Assembly (NCBI GenBank): GCA_032718475.1
Contig: JAUCBJ010000116.1
Span: forward strand, 4,997 to 68,996
Length of the DNA: 64,000 nt
Source of the DNA: Nemertoderma westbladi
Lineage: Eukaryota; Animalia; Xenacoelomorpha
Direction: 5' to 3'
The position numbers were made by a program, and so were the translations under genes. Each line of letters begins with the position of its first letter. Position 1 is the stretch's first letter. Shown one piece after another: positions 1 through 7,750 of this stretch. The notes under the pieces are model-generated. The model was not told where the DNA came from. It did not search any database and saw only the letters and a list, made by a program, of their open reading frames with translations.

Positions 1-16
1 GCAGGAGGTAGCGGGG

Positions 17-3000
17 TTGAGCCAACCCGAGGTGGGCCTGGTAGGCCTCGCAGTAGTAGAGAGAGAGGCGGGGGTGAATAGACCCAGCCGTAGTAGAGAT
101 AGTGTGTCGACTAGAGAGGGGTGTAGAGACGAAGTAAGAGATATTGAAGTTAGAAGTAGCGGGTGGGGGGGGGCTACGGGCACCCCACCGCGAGAGATTA
201 GTAGCGAGAGAGGGGGGGCAGAGAGTGTCCCACAGGCGTCAGCGGATAATGCGCGGGCCGAATTAGGTAAACCGCAACACCCGGCGACGGAGAGTAATAG
301 GGGGATTGCGAGTATCCCCAGCGGCGTGCGATCGAGCAGAGAGAGACAGGTTGACGTCGCGAGAGGGCGGGCGACGGAACGTCGAGCCCAGTCAGAAGAG
401 AGAAGATTAGTAGAGTTTAATAGAGAGGTCGAAGATAGGAGAAGATTAGTAGAGTATAATAGAGAGGTCGAAGATAGAAGAAGATTAGCAGAGTTTAACC
501 GAGAGGTCGAAGAGAGAAGAAAGGAAGATAATAGAAGAGTCGTTGCTAGGAGCAACCGGAGAGCGAGGACGGATAGCGAGCCGTCGATAGTAGAGATGGA
601 GTTAGGGAGTCAGTGGGGTCGAACTTCGGGAGATTGCCGTCGCCCCGGAGAAACGCACCGCACGCCAAGAGAGGGGTACAGGATGTACCGATACGAAGAC
701 GAGAGCAGGATAGGGGATCGAAGGGAAGCTTCCCGACGTGATATAGCTGCCGATCGAGAGTACGGTAGTCGCGGGGAGATTCGAGATTCGAGAAGAATAA
801 ACTTCGATTCGGAAGGGCACATGCAGACTGCAGGACATACTGTAGGCCTTACTGCACATACTATTATAGGCCATGCTGGGAGAGATAGAGTAGGCGATAG
901 GGTAGCGCGGACGACGGGATTAAACCCGGAAGTCGCGGAGTACATACCGGTAGGTAGGCAAGAAGTGAATAGGCCTATATCGGTACCGGTACAGCAGCAT
1001 GACTATAATTTCCAGGGACACAACATATATCCAGGGGAGGGGAGAGTTATTGTAGATAGATGTATGGGCCCCAATATATTAACATCAACCCCAGTACCAA
1101 ACATACCGGTGGGGGGGGGACAGGGTGACATTCCCCCATCACAATATCAACAATATACCCCAATAGGAGCGAGAACATCGAACCCCTTGGACGAGAACAG
1201 ATCATGCGACACGGAAATATGGAGGGGGCCGTTACCCCCAATGATATATCCGACGCAACAAATAAAATCAACAACAGATAGGACGGACGGACCGCACCCA
1301 ACAGGAGAAACTATACAACATCCATCGAACCCATTAGAAGCGCAAGCGATGGGAATGGCCACATTGATCGATGCGTTAAAAACTAGGATCGAGTTACCAC
1401 CTGTGGAACCATTTAAATTCGATGGGAGTAGGCCGGAAGAATATCTACAGTTTCGGCGCATGTATAGTAACGAAATATTAAGTAAGAACTTGACGCAGGC
1501 GGAGTGCCTAAAATATCTGCAAGTATATACAGGAGGCCCAGCATACGACATCGTGAGGCAATACCAGGGCATCGAGGGCGGCTTCACGACAGCATGGCGG
1601 GCGTTAGATAGGGAGTACGGGCACCCAGCCAAGATCATCCGGCAAACCCTGAGAGGCATAACATCGGATGGCCTACAGGACAATCCCGTTAGCATAAGGA
1701 CCTTTGCGAACAAGGTCGAGAAGGCGTTAATCGTGTTAAAGACGCTAGACGCACCATACGAACTCAACGCGTCTAACAACATCACCACGATAGCGCAGGC
1801 ACTGCCGATCTGGTTACGAAGGAAGTGGAGGAAAATCGCTTTCTCCACACGGGAAGAGAAGGGTGTGGAACCGGGCCTAGAAGAGATGTCGAGCTTCTTG
1901 AACTATGAAGCCGAACTAATAACAGACCCAGTCTATAGCGAGGATAGTTTGGGGAAGGCACCTAAGACCGAATACAACTGGCCTGAACCCGAATATAATC
2001 CGACAGACCCATTCTCGGGAGTGGGACAATCACTACCACATGCGGCCACACAGGGGACTGCTAGTCCACAGTTAGCTGGTAGCAGGGCCACACCGTGGCG
2101 GGGACAGAAAGAAAATAACACCATAAATAAACATAATCCCAATGTACCCAGTAGGCCGAATACAGACAACCAAAACACTAAATCGGTACATATAAACCTA
2201 CGCGCGATACGTGAGGGACTATACAGGGAACGCTATGATCCAGGATTCGAATGTCAATTACATCGGGATGGAACACATAAGACCAGGAGTTGTAAGCACT
2301 GGCAAGCGTTGCCCAAACAAGATCGTATAGCCTACACAGACGCGAACGGACTATGTCATCGATGTGTGGTAGAAGGACACAGGTCCGGAGAGTGTAGAGA
2401 GACAGCAGTTAGAGAGTCCGAGACTGGAGGCCAGGCAATGGCCACAAGCACGACAGAAGAGGAGAAGAAGAGAAAAGTACTACTCGGGGTAGTACCAGTA
2501 AAGATATCAGGAGAGGGCGGTCGATCAGTAACGACATTAATGCTGGTCGACAGCGGAGCAGCCTTCACGCTGGTGGAGAACTGGGTGGCCGAAGAGATAG
2601 GGCTAAAGACAAGGCCGAATAGAATGGCGGTGACTACCGTCTCGAGTAAAGATGAGGTCCTGGAGACGAGGGCGGGGCGGTGCAGGATAGCAGCGATTGC
2701 ACCGGGATGCGACTATGGGGCGACGATCGACCCCATCCACGTCATCGAATCGATAAACATCAACGCCAGGCGACCAACCAACATTGAGGTCGAGCAGTAT
2801 AGATTCCTGGACGGTATCGATTTCTCAATACCAAAGGTGGACGTTAGGAAGGTGTCCATTATAGTAGGGATGGACTGCCCGACGGCCCACGAGAGAACGA
2901 AGACGGTCTTCGGCGAAGACAGGCAGCGGGACCCGACGGCGATCCTCACGCCGTTCGGATGGACGCTTAGCGGCCCAGTTAAAACTAAGATCCCATGCAG

Positions 3001-3418
3001 TGTGACAGAGACATCAGGGTGCATGTTACCAGGCACCGCAGACATAGAGGACGAAGATAAGAAGCCGGAGGAGATAGTAGAGCCAGATAGGGAGGTGACA
3101 GTAAGAAAGTGGGCAGAGGAGAGTAGGTTTCCCAGCAAGCATCGGTATGGAGATGAAGCGGAGCGGACGGCGAGGTGTCCGGAGGACAACACTCCAGAGG
3201 AGTGTCTGGAGGAGTGTCTGAGGAGTGTCAGAGGAGTGTCCGGAAGAGATGCCGGTCCGGTTTGGAGGCATACCGACAAGGGGGAAGTCGAGAAGGAAGG
3301 CAGGATGGAAAGGAATAGGACTACTGTTCTGCCTGTTCTTTCACTTTCTATTCATTCTGCCGGCGGGAGACAACAAAGAAAGAGATGGCATTTTGATGCC
3401 AAGAGAGGACATAGTTAA
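17..3418 (+). CDS. gag: BEL/Pao-type Gag-aspartic protease polyprotein lacking RT/RNase H/integrase (5' end probably outside window)
   Basis: Open 1133-aa frame. Capsid-like region PFKFDGSRPEEYLQFRRMY, Cys/His knuckles CQLH..H....C and CHRC...GH....C, protease motif LVDSGA, AILTPFGW. Near-identical at protein level to the capsid and protease of 7751..12958, but similarity ends after the protease. Confidence 0.88.
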   Translation: MSQPEVGLVGLAVVEREAGVNRPSRSRDSVSTREGCRDEVRDIEVRSSGWGGATGTPPREISSERGGAESVPQASADNARAELGKPQHPATESNRGIASIPSGVRSSRERQVDVARGRATERRAQSEERRLVEFNREVEDRRRLVEYNREVEDRRRLAEFNREVEERRKEDNRRVVARSNRRARTDSEPSIVEMELGSQWGRTSGDCRRPGETHRTPREGYRMYRYEDESRIGDRREASRRDIAADREYGSRGEIRDSRRINFDSEGHMQTAGHTVGLTAHTIIGHAGRDRVGDRVARTTGLNPEVAEYIPVGRQEVNRPISVPVQQHDYNFQGHNIYPGEGRVIVDRCMGPNILTSTPVPNIPVGGGQGDIPPSQYQQYTPIGARTSNPLDENRSCDTEIWRGPLPPMIYPTQQIKSTTDRTDGPHPTGETIQHPSNPLEAQAMGMATLIDALKTRIELPPVEPFKFDGSRPEEYLQFRRMYSNEILSKNLTQAECLKYLQVYTGGPAYDIVRQYQGIEGGFTTAWRALDREYGHPAKIIRQTLRGITSDGLQDNPVSIRTFANKVEKALIVLKTLDAPYELNASNNITTIAQALPIWLRRKWRKIAFSTREEKGVEPGLEEMSSFLNYEAELITDPVYSEDSLGKAPKTEYNWPEPEYNPTDPFSGVGQSLPHAATQGTASPQLAGSRATPWRGQKENNTINKHNPNVPSRPNTDNQNTKSVHINLRAIREGLYRERYDPGFECQLHRDGTHKTRSCKHWQALPKQDRIAYTDANGLCHRCVVEGHRSGECRETAVRESETGGQAMATSTTEEEKKRKVLLGVVPVKISGEGGRSVTTLMLVDSGAAFTLVENWVAEEIGLKTRPNRMAVTTVSSKDEVLETRAGRCRIAAIAPGCDYGATIDPIHVIESININARRPTNIEVEQYRFLDGIDFSIPKVDVRKVSIIVGMDCPTAHERTKTVFGEDRQRDPTAILTPFGWTLSGPVKTKIPCSVTETSGCMLPGTADIEDEDKKPEEIVEPDREVTVRKWAEESRFPSKHRYGDEAERTARCPEDNTPEECLEECLRSVRGVSGRDAGPVWRHTDKGEVEKEGRMERNRTTVLPVLSLSIHSAGGRQQRKRWHFDAKRGHS

Positions 3419-3581
3419 GAAGGCGGTGGAGAGACCCGATTTTGGGGTGGTAAAGGGGGAGAGCCAATTCCAGATGAGTTGGAGTTGGCGAGGAAAGTGG
3501 GTGGAAAGATAAGAGGACGCGCAGGGGGACAGCGGGACAGTGCCTCATGGAAGAATCGATGGAAGATCGAGGGGCAGCTTA

Positions 3582-3645
3582 GAGTTTAGTCGTCCAATAT
3601 TTGGACTGAGGGGGGTGGGAATGAGGGCGAGACGCCCTTCCCACA
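3582..3645 (+). promoter_or_regulatory. Conserved 64-bp double-hairpin / PPT-like element downstream of gag-pro
   Basis: GTCCAA-tat-TTGGAC, then GAGGGGGGTGGGA, then GTGGGA-atg-AGGGCG-aga-CGCCCT-TCCCAC. Inverted copy at 7672-7735 with 3 differences. Confidence 0.6.
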
Positions 3646-3749
3646 AGAAATTAATTATTTAATTAAAAATAAAAATAAATAATAATAAATAATTAAATAA
3701 TTAAAATAATAGTTAGTAGAAGTAAGAGGTAGTTCGAAGATAGGAGAGT

Positions 3750-4490
3750 AGAGATAGAAGGCGGCGGGGCAAGGGAGTGTGGCATATTGTCATGCCACGA
3801 GTAGTAGTAGTGGGGTTGTGGGCACCGTAAGCGCCACGTAGAAGGAGAGTAGGTTAGAAGGCGGCGGGGTAAGGGAGTCTGGCATATTGTCATGCCACGA
3901 GTAGTAGTAGGGGGGTCGTGGGCACCGGAAGCGCCACGTAGAAAGTAGTAGGAGAGAGTGGTTGTGGGCACCGGAAGCGCCACGTAGAAAGTAGTAGGAG
4001 AGAGTGGTTGTGGGCACCGCAAGCGCCACGTAGATAGAGGTATTAGTTGAGGTGGAGATGTAGATAGAATGTTAGAGGTAGTAGAGAGGGCACATAGGGT
4101 GCCAGAGAGTAGAGTAGTAGAGAGGGCACATAGGGTGCCAGGTAGTAGAGTTAGAGTGTTAGAGGTAGTAGAGAGGGCACATAGGGTGCCAGAGTAGTAG
4201 AGAGGGCACATAGGGTGCCAGGTAGTAGAGTAGTAGAGGGTAGAGAGTAGAGTGGTTGTGGGCACCACAAGCGCCACGTAGATAGAGGGTTTTAGTTAAA
4301 GTAGTAGTAGAGTGGTTGTGGGCACCGTTAGCGCCACGTAGATGGAGGTAGAGTTAGTAAGAGGGTACATAGTACCAGTTGTGGTTGTGGGCACCGTTAG
4401 CGCCACGTAGATGGAGAAAAGAGTTAGTAAGAGGGTATGTAGTACCGGTTGTGGTTGTGGGCACCGTTAGCGCCACGTAGATAGAGTTAG
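3750..4490 (+). repeat. Composite array of short hairpin-like repeats with purine-rich (GTAGA/GTTAGA) linkers
   Basis: 8 copies of GTGGTTGTGGGCACCGNNAGCGCCACGTAGA, 4 of GAGGGCACATAGGGTGCCA, 2 of GGCATATTGTCATGCC. Confidence 0.9.
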
Positions 4491-4508
4491 CAGAAAGTTA
4501 GAGGGTTT

Positions 4509-4644
4509 TCCCGCCTGCCGTATAATTCACAATATATCTATATCCTATAACCTATTATTATACACCGAACTTCAGAACTCAGTTATCTTTATTTCACTCT
4601 TATACACGGCGGGGACGCGTGGACTAAATACCACATCGGATAAA
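4509..4644 (+). repeat. Perfect 136-bp inverted copy of the 3' part (R/U5) of the LTR at 16331-16466
   Basis: TCCCGCCTGCCGTATAATT...CCACATCGGATAAA is the reverse complement of 16331-16466; no mismatch seen. Confidence 0.95.
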
Positions 4645-4713
4645 CCGAAGAAGGAGAAGTTTGCCTACCAGCGACTCCATAGACCGCGGAGATCGCTTGG
4701 GACGAAGGACGAG

Positions 4714-5295
4714 GTGGGACGGGAGACATTGGTACTCGGCTGCGACTACTGTGGGAGACAGACCCATCAGGAAAGCAGCTGCCTATACCGGTTCCAACGG
4801 GGAACCTTTTGTCTCTACTGTAGAGAACCAAGTCACAGGATGGGGGCGTGTCCACGGTTGCATAACCGATGTCCAAAGTGCCACTTTCGGGGGCACTACG
4901 GACGCGAGTGCGACTGGATGAGCGACGAGGAGAAGTTCCAGAAGGCCCTCGCCCCACTGGCCGTCACCACCCTTCCGCCAACCCAGTCCGTGTCCGAGTG
5001 GCCTATCCTTTCGATGGGCGGCATCTCTCCGAACTCGTCGTCGTCGTCCTCCTCTTCTGGTAGTGTCTCCAATCCCGGTATCCCGATGGATCCACTATGT
5101 CCCTTCCCGCCTTGGCTCTCGCCCGTAGCTCTCCATCCCTCTAGCTCCCTTAACTTCCTTGGCGGTTGGTCGCCCTCGGCGCCCGCTGGTATGGGCATCG
5201 CGTGCAACCCCGACGTCGACTGTTTCGGCGATCCCACCGTCCATCCCAATTCTCGCCCTAGAGACTCCCCCGAACTCCCCGACGAAGTCCAATGA
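4714..5295 (+). CDS. Triple CCHC zinc-knuckle protein (no ATG upstream of the knuckles; frame open back through 4645)
   Basis: CDYCGRQTHQESSC, CLYCREPSHRMGAC and CPKCHFRGHYGREC all fit C-X2-C-X4-H-X4-C; Ser/Pro-rich tail. Confidence 0.72.
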   Translation: MGRETLVLGCDYCGRQTHQESSCLYRFQRGTFCLYCREPSHRMGACPRLHNRCPKCHFRGHYGRECDWMSDEEKFQKALAPLAVTTLPPTQSVSEWPILSMGGISPNSSSSSSSSGSVSNPGIPMDPLCPFPPWLSPVALHPSSSLNFLGGWSPSAPAGMGIACNPDVDCFGDPTVHPNSRPRDSPELPDEVQ

Positions 5296-6542
5296 AGTTC
5301 GTCTAGGCCCGCCTGTTCCTCGAAGCCATAACTCTGTGTCCTGGCCTCCTCTTCCCTCTCCTCTGCTTCTATCCTCTCCCGTCTAGCGACTTCTTCCAGT
5401 CGCTTTGCTTCCCGTCTATCCATCTCTAGCTGCTCCCATCTCTGATACGGTGTATCTGTCTCCCCATCTACCAGATGTCGGCTGTTGTAGTACACCGACT
5501 CGCCCTTCAGCCCCGGGTGGTCTACCAGACCGTCAAAGGCCGTCTTAAAGGCTCTCCTGTAGCTTAGGGGTGATCCCGATAACAGAAATGCCCCTGGTTC
5601 CCTTTCGATAACTACGGTCATGAATAAGTTAAGCAAACTTATCATCATCCAGTCCTCCTGCAGGATATATCGCTTCTGATATACCTTTATCGCTCCTCTG
5701 CGAAACTGATATACCTCCTGCTTTCCCGGTCTCGCTCCCCACTTCAGCGAGTTCGCTAGTTCTGCTCCGTATTCTTCCCTAAACTTCCCCCAATCCATTG
5801 GTTTGTGGCATACGAGCCCCAATAATTGGCCCATCGCCACCGCCCCGCATTGGCCTGAGTTCTCGACCACCCCCAATCCATCCGGTGCCGTCATAGCCAT
5901 AAAGACTTTCTGCATATCCAGGAGGTTGGTGGCGTCCGGACCGATGATCCTCTCCGCGTCCTCGCGAATCGCCGATCCCACTTTCGTCGTCGACTTCTCT
6001 CTTACTAAGACTTGTACCGCTTTCGGCAGTCGGTCTAATTTCGGCCCGTCCTTCTTCCCATACGTCCCTAGGTCGAATAAGAAGATGTCCCCATTCGGCG
6101 CGGCCAAATGTAGGAGTATGGTCCTGGCCGACCCTGCCGTTCCTCGTCTTGAACCCGCTTCGTCCTCCACGGTTCCCTCGTCATCTAGGATCATATATCC
6201 TCCTCTGTTGACGGACTCTATGAATCTTTTCCAGTCCTTCCTCGGCGATTCCCTCGGATACTTCGGAATCCCGAACTTCGCTTCGTCCCCTTTCACCACG
6301 TAGTGGAAGTGTTGGAAGATCGCGTTGTCCAGCGACGGCGTCCCGTAGGTCCCGACCAACCGCTGTTCGTGCGCCTCCCGGAAGTGATCCTGCAGCGCTC
6401 GTGCCGCGTGACCCCTTTCCAACCTCTCGTAGTATCCTCTCGTCTTCTCCTCCGGGTGTCTTTCGGTGAAATCCACCAATATTTCTTTTCCTCCTGACTC
6501 CGCCTTTCTCTTCCTGATCAGCTTACTCGCCATTCCGAACAC
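4896..6542 (-). CDS. DEDDy 3'-5' exonuclease (WRN-exo/RNase D/Mut-7-like) accessory ORF of the retrotransposon
   Basis: ExoI ILDDEG; LLHLA...IFLFDL; ExoII region LPKAVQVLVREKSTTKVGSAIREDAERI; NLLDMQ; ExoIII-like QKRYILQED. 548 uninterrupted codons, first ATG near 6533. Confidence 0.78.
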   Translation of the reverse strand: MFGMASKLIRKRKAESGGKEILVDFTERHPEEKTRGYYERLERGHAARALQDHFREAHEQRLVGTYGTPSLDNAIFQHFHYVVKGDEAKFGIPKYPRESPRKDWKRFIESVNRGGYMILDDEGTVEDEAGSRRGTAGSARTILLHLAAPNGDIFLFDLGTYGKKDGPKLDRLPKAVQVLVREKSTTKVGSAIREDAERIIGPDATNLLDMQKVFMAMTAPDGLGVVENSGQCGAVAMGQLLGLVCHKPMDWGKFREEYGAELANSLKWGARPGKQEVYQFRRGAIKVYQKRYILQEDWMMISLLNLFMTVVIEREPGAFLLSGSPLSYRRAFKTAFDGLVDHPGLKGESVYYNSRHLVDGETDTPYQRWEQLEMDRREAKRLEEVARRERIEAEEREEEARTQSYGFEEQAGLDELHWTSSGSSGESLGRELGWTVGSPKQSTSGLHAMPIPAGAEGDQPPRKLRELEGWRATGESQGGKGHSGSIGIPGLETLPEEEDDDDEFGEMPPIERIGHSDTDWVGGRVVTASGARAFWNFSSSLIQSHSRP

Positions 6543-7046
6543 TACACTCGCTCACCTGTAGGGTGGTGCCTTACCAAGGCGCAATACAGATGAGTGATGT
6601 ATTAAGATGTTTCGTACAGTTCGATAATGGCCTACTTTTCTACTTAACTGCGCCTTTCAAGCTTAATTTAATCTAATTAATTTCGGAGCTAGTAAATCAG
6701 CCTAATTTACAATTTCCGTCCGTTACTTTTATTATGTTCTAGAACGACTTTCCTTGTGTTACCACTATTTTTCGATTTTTAGCCCTATTCTATTTATTTA
6801 TTTATTTTGCTTTGATTCTACTGTCCTACTACTTACTACTGCCTATGGATTTATTCTATTCTCTCTCTGATCCATATTCTGGCCTACTCAGTGGGCCTAT
6901 GCAGTACAGCAGTATGCGTCGTGTGGCCACACGATTTATCCAGCTGCACTCATATGCCCCCCTCTCTCTACTAACTCTACTTACTGCTAACTAATATCTA
7001 TATCCTATTTACCCCTTTTACCTCTTACTCTCTCTCTCTAACTAAT

Positions 7047-7640
7047 GGTACTACGTACCCTCTAACTCTAACTCTGACTAGGTACCACGTACCTACTAAC
7101 TCTAACTCTAACTAGGTACTACGTACCTACTAACTCTAACTCTAACTAGGTACTACGTACCTACTAACTCTCTAACTATCGGTACTACGTACCCACTAAC
7201 TCTCTAACTCTAACTAGGTACTACGTACCTACTAACTCTAACTAACTATTGGTACTACGTACCCTCTAACTCTAACTCTAACTAGGTACTACGTACCTAC
7301 TAACTCTCTAACTATCGGTACTACGTACCCTCTAACTCTAACTAACTATTGGTACTACGTACCCTCTAACTCTAACTCTAACTAGGTACTACGTACCTAC
7401 TAACTCTCTAACTATCGGTACTACGTACCCTCTAACTCTAACTCTAACTAGGTACTACGTACCTACTAACTCTCTAACTATCGGTACTACGTACCCTCTA
7501 ACTCTAACTCTAACTAGGTACTACGTACCTACTAACTAACTAACTCTAGGTACTACGTACCTACTAACTAACTAACTCTAGGTACTACGTACCTACTAAC
7601 TAACTAACTTTAGGTACTACGTACCTACTAACTAACTAAC
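7047..7640. repeat. Tandem array of 18 palindromic GGTAC-TAC-GTACC units (period 32-36 bp) with CTAACT linkers
   Basis: Units counted at about 7047, 7081, 7115, 7149 ... 7581, 7613. Confidence 0.95.
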
Positions 7641-7671
7641 TATTATTTTTATTTTATTTTATTTTTATTTG

Positions 7672-7735
7672 TGTGGGAAGGGCGTCTCGCCCTCAATCCC
7701 ACCCCCCTCAGTCCAAAACTTGGACGACTAAACTC
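7672..7735 (-). promoter_or_regulatory. Double-hairpin / PPT-like element just after the pol stop
   Basis: Reverse complement of 3582-3645; followed by AATAAA-rich sequence on the minus strand. Confidence 0.6.
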
Positions 7736-7750
7736 CACTCTAACTCCGCT

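Noticed and set aside
3622-4644. Complete 3' LTR of the plus-strand gag element
   Set aside because: It lacks the U3 (16467-16842) and the terminal 27 bp of the identified LTR, and the same PPT-like start in element 1 leads into the exonuclease region; kept only as an alternative hypothesis.
4714-4915. Nanos-type zinc finger
   Set aside because: CPRL..CPKC looks similar, but the spacing fits three retroviral-type C-X2-C-X4-H-X4-C knuckles.
7047-7640. CRISPR-like array (palindromic repeat plus spacer); also 3750-4490
   Set aside because: The linkers are low-complexity and repeated rather than unique spacers, there are no cas genes, and the context is a eukaryotic retrotransposon.
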